From: Candidatus Poribacteria bacterium
Lineage (GTDB): Bacteria > Poribacteria > WGA-4E > WGA-3G
Direction: 5' to 3'
Length of the DNA stretch: 64,000 bases
Assembly (NCBI GenBank): GCA_963665235.2
Contig: CAXXLX010000001.1
Coordinates: forward strand, 2,304,001-2,368,000
A model generated the notes under the pieces. The model worked only from the letters and a program-made list of their open reading frames with translations. It did no database searches and was not told the origin of the DNA. A program made the translations under genes and the position numbers. This document shows positions 1-9,101 of the stretch, one piece after another; positions within the stretch are counted from its first letter, which is position 1; each line of letters starts with the position of its first letter.

Positions 1-59
1 TATCGGTTAAGCAAACCGCTAAAGGAGCCTGGGAGGCACAAGTCATCTTCGACCTGTAA
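1..59 (+). CDS. 3' end of a gene running in from the left edge, possibly archease
   Basis: Frame from nt 3 reads SVKQTAKGAWEAQVIFDL*, resembling the archease C-terminus (W.A.VIFDV); only 18 codons visible. Confidence 0.45.
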   Translation, partial: SVKQTAKGAWEAQVIFDL

Positions 60-117
60 TGGGATAAAATTGATTACTGACTGCCGTTCGCCTAGCTTTT
101 AATAAAAGGAAAACAGA

Positions 118-324
118 ATGTTAATAGGCGTGTTCGCGCTCGTCGTTTTAATTATTATCGGGGGTGGCATCCTGCTTGCGCGTCTGTCAACTGTCGCGAA
201 ATATAGAGGGTCTTGGGTTTGGGGATTCTTTATCCTCATCCTACTTATCTGCATTCCGCTTTTTCTGTTAGGTGTTTGCGTCTGGTTGCTGGCCTATTAC
301 AACGTAGACTTTGGCCCATTCTAA
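118..324 (+). CDS. small two-TM membrane protein
   Basis: AAAGGA RBS, 68 aa, two hydrophobic segments. Confidence 0.6.
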   Translation: MLIGVFALVVLIIIGGGILLARLSTVAKYRGSWVWGFFILILLICIPLFLLGVCVWLLAYYNVDFGPF

Positions 325-516
325 AATTACTTAGTGTGGACAATATCTGTGGGACTGATGCCCGATTTTCAAAGCATCTCTCATTTTGTTGTTCACAGTT
401 GCACACACATGAATGCACACACATGAAAATAGGAGAAAAATAGACCCTAATGGGCAAAAGCGCAGCCCCATCGGGGCGATATCTTTATAGCAAACGCAAC
501 CACCCCCCAACCTAGC

Positions 517-632
517 TGGTCTACTCGGCAAATTCTTATGCCTTATGAGTTTACGGATAATAGCCGTGACATCGCACTGTGCCTGTGATTATGGCGTGTC
601 TATTTTACGATATAAACTTAGCGAGCAGACCA
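517..632. mobile_element. 116-bp MITE, copy 1
   Basis: Imperfect TIR TGGTCTACTCG.../...CGAGCAGACCA; flanked by 4-bp direct repeat TAGC. Confidence 0.8.
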
Positions 633-834
633 TAGCCCCATCGGGGCGATATATTTATAGCAAACGCAACCACCCCCCAACCTAGCCCCATCGGGGCGAT
701 ATTTATAGCAAACGCAACCACCCCCCAACCTAGCCCCATGGGGGCGATATATTTATAGCAAACGCAACCACCCCCCAACCTAGCCCCATCGGGGCGATAT
801 CTTTATAGCAAACGCAACCACCCCCCAACCTAGC

Positions 835-950
835 TGGTCTACTCGGCAAATTCTTATGCCTTATGAGTTTACGGATAATAGCCGTGACATCGCACTGTGC
901 CTGTGATTATGGCGTGTCTATTTTACGATATAAACTTAGCGAGCAGACCA
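835..950. mobile_element. 116-bp MITE, copy 2 (identical to copy 1)
   Basis: Same sequence and TAGC flanks as 517-632. Confidence 0.8.
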
Positions 951-1249
951 TAGCCCCATCGGGGCGATATCTTTATAGCAAACGCAACCACCCCCCAACC
1001 TAGCCCCATCGGGGCGATATATTTATAGCAAACGCAACCACCCCCCAACATGGGGGCGATATATTTATAGCAAACGCAACCACCCCCCAACCAGCCCCAT
1101 CGGGGCATAGCCCCATCGGGGCGATATCTTTATAGAAGCGCCAACACCCTAACCTACAATCACAAAACTTGGAGTGTTACGCACCTTACAATCCTCGGAA
1201 TCCGTGTAATCCGCTATAATCCGCGATTCAGAAAAGTTCTTCCACTCTT

Positions 1250-1927
1250 CTATTCCGTACCCTCCGTAGCACTCGAAGGTTTTCCTGCTATATAGAGAAA
1301 CCACAACGTCAACCCAATAGCGATGACAATCCACAGTATACCCCAAAACTCTGTCGGAAAAGGAGTCACCTCTGACAACATCCATGCATCTGAGCGTAAA
1401 TGTGACCGGTCTAACACATCACTTTTTATATCAAGGATAGCGTAGAGACAACTCGTCACACCAATGATACGTAATACCCAATCGTTGAACCGCTCCGGCA
1501 GGAACACCCCGAAAAAGATGAGCAATACCCCAAAACCAACGCCAAACAGGTAGGTAAACACACTCGTCCCGAAACTGATAGTAATCACGACCAGGCAGAT
1601 GCCGATTATCACACTCACCGTTTTATCGAAATGTGTCTTCGCGGCAAATAGGAGGATAATGCCGCCCCATAATAGGCTACCCAGATAACCGGCGGTTAGC
1701 GTCCAAAACCGAGAGCCACCTTGCGTAAGGGCATGTCCACCTTGTTGCGGATTAACCTCAAGCCCGACGATACTTCCGCCAGTAGCAATCGCTGCAAGCC
1801 CATGGCTCACTTCATGCATAAAAACAACGAAGATTTTGAGCGGATACATAAGCGGCGTATTCCACAAAAACATGATACCGACAAAAATTAATAGCAGCGC
1901 AATATACCGTTTAAAGAGTGCTGACAT
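1250..1927 (-). CDS. M50B-like membrane metallopeptidase
   Basis: HEVSH (HExxH) in TM1, AGYLG, SDA motif, multiple TMs. Confidence 0.9.
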   Translation of the reverse strand: MSALFKRYIALLLIFVGIMFLWNTPLMYPLKIFVVFMHEVSHGLAAIATGGSIVGLEVNPQQGGHALTQGGSRFWTLTAGYLGSLLWGGIILLFAAKTHFDKTVSVIIGICLVVITISFGTSVFTYLFGVGFGVLLIFFGVFLPERFNDWVLRIIGVTSCLYAILDIKSDVLDRSHLRSDAWMLSEVTPFPTEFWGILWIVIAIGLTLWFLYIAGKPSSATEGTE

Positions 1928-2011
1928 AGATGTTCATCCAACGTTTCAATGGATGCCTCCCAAAAATGCCTATACGAAAATTAGGCGGAGCCCCTGATTC
2001 AAAAATTTTAC

Positions 2012-2127
2012 TTGAACTAAATCGTGAAATCTGTTATAGTATAACATAGAATGCATAAAACTAACAACATTAACTGGTACTTGACCTCCTATTTTTACTT
2101 GAATCTGCGCGCAAAACCTGTTATAGT
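2012..2127 (+). promoter_or_regulatory. tandem duplicated sigma70-like promoters upstream of aroC
   Basis: TTGAAC-N17-TATAGT (2012-2040) and TTGAAT-N17-TATAGT (2099-2127) within a degenerate direct repeat. Confidence 0.6.
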
Positions 2128-2130
2128 ATA

Positions 2131-2270
2131 ACGCAAGTTGCCACATAGTCGCACAAACTTTCTAGTTTGTGGCATAAGGTGCAACATAAAAGTTCACGGT
2201 ACAATTATCAGTATTTTTTGACTAAAAGCGGCGTTTCCAAGTCTAAAAATTTATAGGAGGCAACTTAGGT
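2131..2270 (+). mobile_element. ~140-bp MITE family A, copy A
   Basis: TIR ACGCAAGTTGCCAC / GAGGCAACTTAGGT; similar to 39323-39464 and 51759-51900; no TSD at this copy. Confidence 0.85.
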
Positions 2271-2330
2271 TAACCTAATAACAAACCCGCCTGTAGCAGC
2301 GATGCAGGCGAGCGGAGACCACAGGAGCCA

Positions 2331-3404
2331 ATGAATACGTTCGGTCATCTTTTTCGGATTACAACTTGGGGCGAATCGCACGGCGGCGCAGTCGGTGTTG
2401 TCGTTGATGGATGTCCCCCACGGCTTACCTTAGATGAAGCTGCCATACAGTTCGAACTCAATCGGCGAAGGCCGGGGCAAAGTCATCTGACTACACCGCG
2501 TCAGGAGGGGGATGTCGTTCAAATTCTCTCAGGCGTTTTTGAGGGCAAAACGATAGGAACGCCTATCTCCATGCTCGTGTGGAATAAGGACGCGCGCCCA
2601 TCCGCCTATACACATCTGAAAGACCTTTATCGGCCATCACATGCCGATTTCACCTATCAGCAGAAATACGGCATTCGAAACTGGCAGGGTGGTGGGAGAG
2701 CCAGCGCACGCGAAACCATCGGCCGCGTCGCCGCAGGCGCAATTGCCAAACAGGTTTTGCGCGAAACAGCCGGAACTGAAACGCTCGCTTATGTCAAACA
2801 GATACATACACTATCGGCGGAGGTGGACACAGATACGGTGACGCTTGAACAGATAGAGGAAAGCCCGGTGCGGTGTCCCGACCCGATTGTGAGCCCGAAA
2901 ATGGCAGAACGGATCGATCAGGCGAGACGGGACAGGGATTCCCTCGGCGGCATCATTGAATCTGTAGCACGCAACGTTCCCACCGGGCTCGGTGAACCGG
3001 TTTTTGACAAACTGAAGGCGGATTTAGCAAAAGCCATGATGTCCCTCCCCGCCACAATGGGATTCCAAATCGGCTCCGGATTCGATGGGACCACAATGAC
3101 AGGCTCAGAACACAACGATGCATTCTATAATGATGCAGGACAGATTCGAACCCGAACAAACAATTCGGGCGGGACACAAGGGGGGATTTCGAACGGAGAA
3201 AATATCGTATTCCAAGTTGCTTTCAAACCGACAGCGACAATCGGGAAACCGCAACAGACCGTCGATACAGAGGGAAACGAGGTGACGCTTGAAGCAAGCG
3301 GCCGCCATGACCCGTGTGTATTAGTCCGCGCACCCGCAATTGTAGAAGCGATGGCCGCACTCGTACTCACAGACCATCTGCTCCGCCACCGGGCAAAACT
3401 GTAA
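2331..3404 (+). CDS. aroC: chorismate synthase
   Basis: [34 protein letters not shown]. Confidence 0.98.
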   Translation: MNTFGHLFRITTWGESHGGAVGVVVDGCPPRLTLDEAAIQFELNRRRPGQSHLTTPRQEGDVVQILSGVFEGKTIGTPISMLVWNKDARPSAYTHLKDLYRPSHADFTYQQKYGIRNWQGGGRASARETIGRVAAGAIAKQVLRETAGTETLAYVKQIHTLSAEVDTDTVTLEQIEESPVRCPDPIVSPKMAERIDQARRDRDSLGGIIESVARNVPTGLGEPVFDKLKADLAKAMMSLPATMGFQIGSGFDGTTMTGSEHNDAFYNDAGQIRTRTNNSGGTQGGISNGENIVFQVAFKPTATIGKPQQTVDTEGNEVTLEASGRHDPCVLVRAPAIVEAMAALVLTDHLLRHRAKL

Positions 3405-3417
3405 GAAAGAGACTCAC

Positions 3418-3891
3418 ATGGCAGGTCAAAATATTATTGTGGATATAACGCCAGAAATGCCTTTAGCAGAGTGTGCTCGACACATTATCGTCACCCGATT
3501 TCGAGAAATGATGGTTTACAAAGCGGCAGCAAGCGACCTCACCGATATGGAATTCGTCCACGATATGCGGGTCGCATCCCGACGGTTGCGCGCCGCAATG
3601 GATAACTTCCGTGGTTGCTTTGAAAAAGAACAATTCAAAGCGCACTACAAACAGGTCAGAGCTATTACGCGCACAATGGGAGCCGTTCGCGACCTGGATG
3701 TTCTCATCGCTCGTTTCCAAACTTGTTTGCCGACCCTTATAGAAACGGAGCAGGGAGATATCCTACGGCTAATTGAACACCTGAAACAGGAACGGGAAGA
3801 AGCGAGAAAACCGATGTTCGCACTGTTCGCAAAACTTGAAACGGACAATTTTGAAGAAACGTTTTTGACATTCTTTAAGGCAGAGAGATAA
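3418..3891 (+). CDS. CHAD domain protein (N-terminal half)
   Basis: VHDMRVASRRLRA and MGAVRDLDV motifs. Confidence 0.85.
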   Translation: MAGQNIIVDITPEMPLAECARHIIVTRFREMMVYKAAASDLTDMEFVHDMRVASRRLRAAMDNFRGCFEKEQFKAHYKQVRAITRTMGAVRDLDVLIARFQTCLPTLIETEQGDILRLIEHLKQEREEARKPMFALFAKLETDNFEETFLTFFKAER

Positions 3892-3892
3892 G

Positions 3893-4390
3893 ATGGCAAA
3901 AGCACAAAAGATTATAGGCCTTGAACCGAACCGGAGCTACCGCATCAATGCCCGGACAATTCTAACACAAAAGGTTGAAGAGGTTTACACCTACGAACGT
4001 TTTATTCGAGACCCGATGCGGCATAAAGAGCTCCACAACATGCGAATTTCCATTAAACGGCTTCGGTATACCATGGAATTTTTCGCAGTAAACTACAATC
4101 AACGGCACACAGTAGATGGCAGGACAGAACAGACCTACTACCAGGAATGCCTAGCAACAATTGTTGACCTACAAGAAATACTCGGAGATATCCATGATGC
4201 GGATGTTGCCGTGGAGGTTTTAACCACTTACCAGAAAAAACATGAGCCTGATGCACTACCGGGGATTGTCACGCTCATTGCACGCACCCAGGAAACTCGA
4301 CAGGCAGACTACGAAACGTTCCTAGAAAAATGGGAACAACTTTCAAAAACAGGTTTCAAACAGAGATTACTCTCATTTTTTAAACGATAG
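3893..4390 (+). CDS. CHAD domain protein (C-terminal half)
   Basis: LHNMRISIKRLRYTMEFF and LQEILGDIHD motifs. Confidence 0.85.
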   Translation: MAKAQKIIGLEPNRSYRINARTILTQKVEEVYTYERFIRDPMRHKELHNMRISIKRLRYTMEFFAVNYNQRHTVDGRTEQTYYQECLATIVDLQEILGDIHDADVAVEVLTTYQKKHEPDALPGIVTLIARTQETRQADYETFLEKWEQLSKTGFKQRLLSFFKR

Positions 4391-4429
4391 GAGCGAGCTC
4401 CCAATCGCGAAATAGGAGATTATTTCACA

Positions 4430-5404
4430 ATGAGCACTTACGTTGTCGGTGTAGATGTAGGCGGTACTAAAATTCTTGCCGCCGTTGTTGATGAAACGGG
4501 CAGCATTTTGGGACAAGCGAAAATGCCCACAAAGGCTAAAAAAAATAAAGATATTGTCATTGACCGCATCGCTGACTGTATCCAAAAGGCTATTAACGAC
4601 GCTGGCGTACCCCTCGAAGCAATTCAGGCAGCTGGCATCGGCGCACCAGGCACACTTGACCAAGATACCGGAATTGTCACGCTTGCACCCAACCTCGGCT
4701 GGAAAGATGTACCGCTGAAAACAGAACTCGAAGACCGCATCAGCATGCCCATCTTCGTTGAAAACGACGTTAACCTCGGCACCCTCGGCGAGCACACCTT
4801 CGGGGCTGGACAAAACGTCTCCAATTTAGTCGGCATTTTCATCGGCACCGGTATTGGCGGCGGCATTATTATGCAAGGTGAACTTTTTCGAGGCGCGTCC
4901 AAAACCGCCGGTGAAATCGGGCATATCGTCGTCAAAGTGGACGGGCCGAAATGTGGCTGCGGGAACCGAGGATGCCTCGAAGCATTAGCGAGCCGCACTG
5001 CAATGACGAAACAGATTCAGAACGCTATTCTCAAGAAAAAGAAAAAAAGCATCCTTCTGAAACTCACGGATGGAGACCTTGAATTAATTCGCAGCGGGGT
5101 TTTAGCCGAAGCAATTCGCCGCAAGGATAAATTAACACGGAAAGTACTCAAAAACGCCATAAAATATATCGGAGCCGGCATCGGCACTATCGTTAACTTC
5201 TTAAACCCTGAGATGATTGTGCTCGGGGGTGGCGTTGTTGAAGCGTTGGATGAGACATTCCTTGATGAAATTCAGAACGCCGCAGCCAAGCACACGCTCC
5301 CTAATACCTTAGACGCAGTTCAAATTGTACAGGCACAACTCGGGGACGACGCGGGTATTCTCGGCGCAGCCGCATTGGCTCGACAGCAAATCAAAGCGAC
5401 GTAA
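4430..5404 (+). CDS. ROK family sugar kinase (glucokinase-like)
   Basis: GVDVGGTK, ENDVN, GTGIGGG, GEIGH, CGCGNRGCLE. Confidence 0.93.
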   Translation: MSTYVVGVDVGGTKILAAVVDETGSILGQAKMPTKAKKNKDIVIDRIADCIQKAINDAGVPLEAIQAAGIGAPGTLDQDTGIVTLAPNLGWKDVPLKTELEDRISMPIFVENDVNLGTLGEHTFGAGQNVSNLVGIFIGTGIGGGIIMQGELFRGASKTAGEIGHIVVKVDGPKCGCGNRGCLEALASRTAMTKQIQNAILKKKKKSILLKLTDGDLELIRSGVLAEAIRRKDKLTRKVLKNAIKYIGAGIGTIVNFLNPEMIVLGGGVVEALDETFLDEIQNAAAKHTLPNTLDAVQIVQAQLGDDAGILGAAALARQQIKAT

Positions 5405-5504
5405 ATTTAACACACGCGAACAGTAGAAACAAGTCCCCGGGCACAATTTTAACACACGCAACAGTAGCATAAACTGTTAGTTGGTGCAAACGGAGGGTCC
5501 AGCC

Positions 5505-7175
5505 ATGTTAGTAGATGATAATCGAGAAGAACATCGGATGATTATTTTTGGCAACGATAGTCGACTTGTCCAAGAACAGCTAATTGCCGAAGATGCCAGA
5601 AAATCTGACAGACTTTTAGAACAGAAAGTTCACGAAGAGTCCTATACCGTGACTCTATATGTGTTACTCAAATATTATGGACTAACCCCCGTGTTCCGTA
5701 TCAAGCCGCGCATTCGGTTCCACCGTTCTAACTACGATAACCTCTCTTCAAGCGCGCCGCTTCAGTACAGTCTTGATGATATCATCCACTTCGCGGAGCT
5801 CAAACGCGGGAGCGATTTGACCGAAAAAATTGACGATGCCAAACTCGCTGCAATACTCGGCGATGCGCCAGCACTCTCCGACATGACTGAAAATGCTGCA
5901 CTCCAACTGGTCTCACAGCGCGATGCCTCCCTACGAAATCCGCCTTTCAAAACTAAAACCAAGGTCTTTGGAAACGTCGAAGGTGCCGGCGGTATTCCGA
6001 TTGGCACATTTCTGGATGCACTCAATCAACCCCAACGCACAGAACAGATTTTTAAAGAATTTACGCGCGGAAGTGCTTTTGCACGAGATTTACGCGACGC
6101 TTTAGAGCCCTATGAAACGTTCGAATTTCAATTCGGGCTCTATTCCCGATACGAACGACGCGATTGCATACTCGCCAGCGATGATGTTGAAATGCGCGGA
6201 AGATACCGCGCCACTTTCGACCCATGGACATCCCTCGGCTACATCCGAACCACCGGCGATACCCAGCAGCAGTTCCAAATCCTCTCTCACGAACGCGGCA
6301 CCCGATGGGAACATAAAATTATGATAGAGGACCTCGACGCAGCAACACTACAGCGACTCGCTACAGAAATTCCTGCACTCCGCAGAGAATACCTCATCGG
6401 CCGCGTCTTATCCAAGAGCCAGACAGCCTTGACTATGTTGGCCTATCTCCGAGAATCACAACTGAACCTACTCCCTGATTTACCAATAGGGTATCAGCTC
6501 AGGTTAGAGGTACCGCTCCCAAGCAAGCGATTTTCAATTATAGAACATCGCAGAAAATTGCACCAACTATTCAACGGCACCAATGCATATCAATTGCATC
6601 CGCACAACGTCGAAATCGTTGAAAAACACCGAAACCTCGCCAAAGGCATCAGAGATGGCATCGTCTGGACGCTCGATAACGTCGACCTCCTCATAGGCGT
6701 ACCCCCCAAATTGGAAAACAGGGACGGGTTTCTTATCATAAAAATGCCCCAACAAAATAGATTCGTCGTCCGCTCAGCCCAAGAACTTCGGGAACGTCTA
6801 CCGAAAAACGGATTTGAAAAATGTTGGAATGAGACGATTGATGAAGGCGGATATACGCTCATCAACCAACCCACAGGCAGATGTTACACTGTGAGTTATG
6901 GACGAAAAGCCACCGGCAGTATTCAGGAAAACAACATCACCGAACAGCAGATAAACCATTATCTCTCTATTGAATACTTGGGCATAGTTCCACCCCGTGC
7001 ACCTGCTTTACACAGCACTTTACCGGAGGAATCTAACCGAAATTTCTTTGACAAACTTTTTAAAAGACAATTTGTGCCATCCTTCTTCAATCAACTGATG
7101 GAAACCGAGGCACAGGTCATTTCCGAAATGAAAACACTTGCACGGTATTGCAAAGAGAAGCTTGCAATACCGTAA
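5505..7175 (+). CDS. hypothetical protein with putative VTC/CYTH-like domain(s)
   Basis: ATG 5505 after GGAGG; motif order REEHR, YTVTLY, KPRIR, YERR, RATFD, WEHK parallels VTC/CYTH tunnel enzymes. Confidence 0.5.
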   Translation: MLVDDNREEHRMIIFGNDSRLVQEQLIAEDARKSDRLLEQKVHEESYTVTLYVLLKYYGLTPVFRIKPRIRFHRSNYDNLSSSAPLQYSLDDIIHFAELKRGSDLTEKIDDAKLAAILGDAPALSDMTENAALQLVSQRDASLRNPPFKTKTKVFGNVEGAGGIPIGTFLDALNQPQRTEQIFKEFTRGSAFARDLRDALEPYETFEFQFGLYSRYERRDCILASDDVEMRGRYRATFDPWTSLGYIRTTGDTQQQFQILSHERGTRWEHKIMIEDLDAATLQRLATEIPALRREYLIGRVLSKSQTALTMLAYLRESQLNLLPDLPIGYQLRLEVPLPSKRFSIIEHRRKLHQLFNGTNAYQLHPHNVEIVEKHRNLAKGIRDGIVWTLDNVDLLIGVPPKLENRDGFLIIKMPQQNRFVVRSAQELRERLPKNGFEKCWNETIDEGGYTLINQPTGRCYTVSYGRKATGSIQENNITEQQINHYLSIEYLGIVPPRAPALHSTLPEESNRNFFDKLFKRQFVPSFFNQLMETEAQVISEMKTLARYCKEKLAIP

Positions 7176-7310
7176 TCGGAGGAGCAAACTTCGGTGCGCG
7201 TCGGGCGGGGAAACCCCGCCCCTACGCATAAATCGACATAATGTCTACTCTATTAACACAAACACGATTAAAGGTAGCAGGCGCGCTCCGCCGTGCCGAC
7301 ACAAATAAAC

Positions 7311-8753
7311 ATGAGAAAAAGCAATTCACGCCGCATTATCGGCACTTCGACAGCAATAGAAAAAATTCGTCGCCTCATACAGCAGGTCGCCCCCACAAAC
7401 GCAACTGTCCTTATTACAGGTGAAACCGGTGTCGGTAAAGATGTAATTGCACAGGCTATCCATGATAGCAGCTCGCGAAAAGACAACCCCTTTAAAGCGG
7501 TTAACTGCGGAGCGTTTTACCAAGACCTCCTCCAAAGTGAACTTTTCGGACATGAAAAGGGCGCGTTTACCGGGGCAGTAAATCTACGACGCGGCGTGTT
7601 TGAACAGGCAGATGGCGGCACGTTGTTCTTAGATGAGGTGGGAGAAATGTCCCCCGAGGTCCAAGTGAAGTTTCTCCGCGTGCTCGATAAGCAGGAATTC
7701 ACACGCCTTGGCGGAGATAAAGACATAAAAGTCGATGTGCGGATTGTCGCCGCTACAAATGTTGACCTCAGAATCGCCGTAGAGCAGAAGAAATTCAGAC
7801 AAGACCTATATTACCGACTCAACCTCTTTCGTATCCACGTCCCACCGCTTCGCGAAAGACGAGAGGATATCCCTATCTTCGTCGATGCTTTCATCAAGGA
7901 ATTAAGTAAGCAACACGGTAAAATCATCGACAGCATAGCACCGGATGCCCTTAATTATCTCGAAAATGCTGACTGGCCCGGCAACGTCCGTGAGCTGAAA
8001 AATGCAGTTGAAACCGCTATCATCTTAGCCAAAACCGAAGAATTGGCATTGCAAGATTTCCCTGAACCTGAAAATAGGATGTTACCTGTGCTTGTAGGTG
8101 ATTACGGCACTCCACTTGCAAAGGAAATTCATCAACAAATAGGTGAATTTGTCCCCACACAAATTCACCCGCGTGAACCTGACACAGTCCCAGCAGGTTT
8201 GGAAAGTCCTGAAGATGTAGCCATCTACAACACTATTGCAGGACTTATCCTATCCGCAATCCGATTACTTGCACCAGCAGCACTTGCAACACGAAACGGT
8301 GAAGTACCATCCCTAATTCCGGATGATGATACAAGTTGGATGCAGGCAGTAACGGATATGGACGCGGAAGTGGACTCAGCGGTTATCCTTGAAAAAGCAT
8401 TAAAGGTGATTTCAACCATTATCAAAATGCTGAAACTTCCGACAGACGCAGGGCTGGTCCCATTGCCTATCCCTGATAACGAACAGGCTACGACACCAAC
8501 CGTAGTACCGCAAGCGGAAGTGGTCAGCCCCAAACCGAATATTGACGCGGATGCTATCGGCAGAGTTGGCATGACAATGGCAGAAATTGAGAAAGCGGCG
8601 ATTGAGAAAACCCTCACAGAGACAGAAGGCAATAAGACAGAAGCAGCAAAAATTTTAGGCATCGGCGTGCGAACCCTACACCGAAAATTGGATACGTACG
8701 AACGGGAAGCTAACAAGATGCAGGATACGACTGAATCCGGAATAGAAAATTAA
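7311..8753 (+). CDS. sigma54-dependent transcriptional activator (bEBP) lacking an N-terminal sensor domain
   Basis: GETGVGKD, SELFGHEKGAFTGA, LFLDEVG, WPGNVREL, C-terminal Fis HTH (NKTEAAKILGI). Confidence 0.95.
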   Translation: MRKSNSRRIIGTSTAIEKIRRLIQQVAPTNATVLITGETGVGKDVIAQAIHDSSSRKDNPFKAVNCGAFYQDLLQSELFGHEKGAFTGAVNLRRGVFEQADGGTLFLDEVGEMSPEVQVKFLRVLDKQEFTRLGGDKDIKVDVRIVAATNVDLRIAVEQKKFRQDLYYRLNLFRIHVPPLRERREDIPIFVDAFIKELSKQHGKIIDSIAPDALNYLENADWPGNVRELKNAVETAIILAKTEELALQDFPEPENRMLPVLVGDYGTPLAKEIHQQIGEFVPTQIHPREPDTVPAGLESPEDVAIYNTIAGLILSAIRLLAPAALATRNGEVPSLIPDDDTSWMQAVTDMDAEVDSAVILEKALKVISTIIKMLKLPTDAGLVPLPIPDNEQATTPTVVPQAEVVSPKPNIDADAIGRVGMTMAEIEKAAIEKTLTETEGNKTEAAKILGIGVRTLHRKLDTYEREANKMQDTTESGIEN

Positions 8754-9101
8754 AGGGGCTTCGGTCTGATCATCTGATTGGGGGTGCGTAAAGTTTTTGG
8801 AGACCCAAAGAATAGATAGAGGTCTGGAGGCGTGGAAATCCAAAATGACGGGTTCGTTTTTTGGATGTATGCCCCCGTTATAGGCCCCGCCTAAGTTTCG
8901 ACCCCAAATAGCACTACGTCATTTTAGAAACGGCGGAGAACTATAGGGTAAATTGAAACATAAGTACAAAATGTTTACACACCCTCTGATTGGTCCTATT
9001 TGACATTTTTAAGATTATGTGGTATTTTTAAAAAGAAAGAAAAATCTTAGAGACAACATGTCATTCAAATTTTGAAATCCACGGAGGAGAATAGAAATTT
9101 C

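Larger units (their letters stand above)
464..1135. repeat. tandem array of ~50-bp units with a GCCCCATCGGGGC hairpin core (REP-like), including a 318-bp higher-order duplication
   Basis: Unit TAGCCCCATCGGGGCGATAT(C/A)TTTATAGCAAACGCAACCACCCCCCAACC repeated about 9 times with small indels; no unique spacers. Confidence 0.95.

Noticed and set aside
331-1108. Short ORFs GGGCVCYK... on the minus strand
   Set aside because: They are translations of the 50-bp DNA repeat.
464-1135. CRISPR array
   Set aside because: Units abut without unique spacers, the only inserts are two identical MITEs, and there are no cas genes nearby.
8755-9060. Possible element or ncRNA after the sigma54 activator
   Set aside because: Only a short AAAATGACG/CGTCATTTT inverted repeat; no TIR/TSD or second copy in the window.
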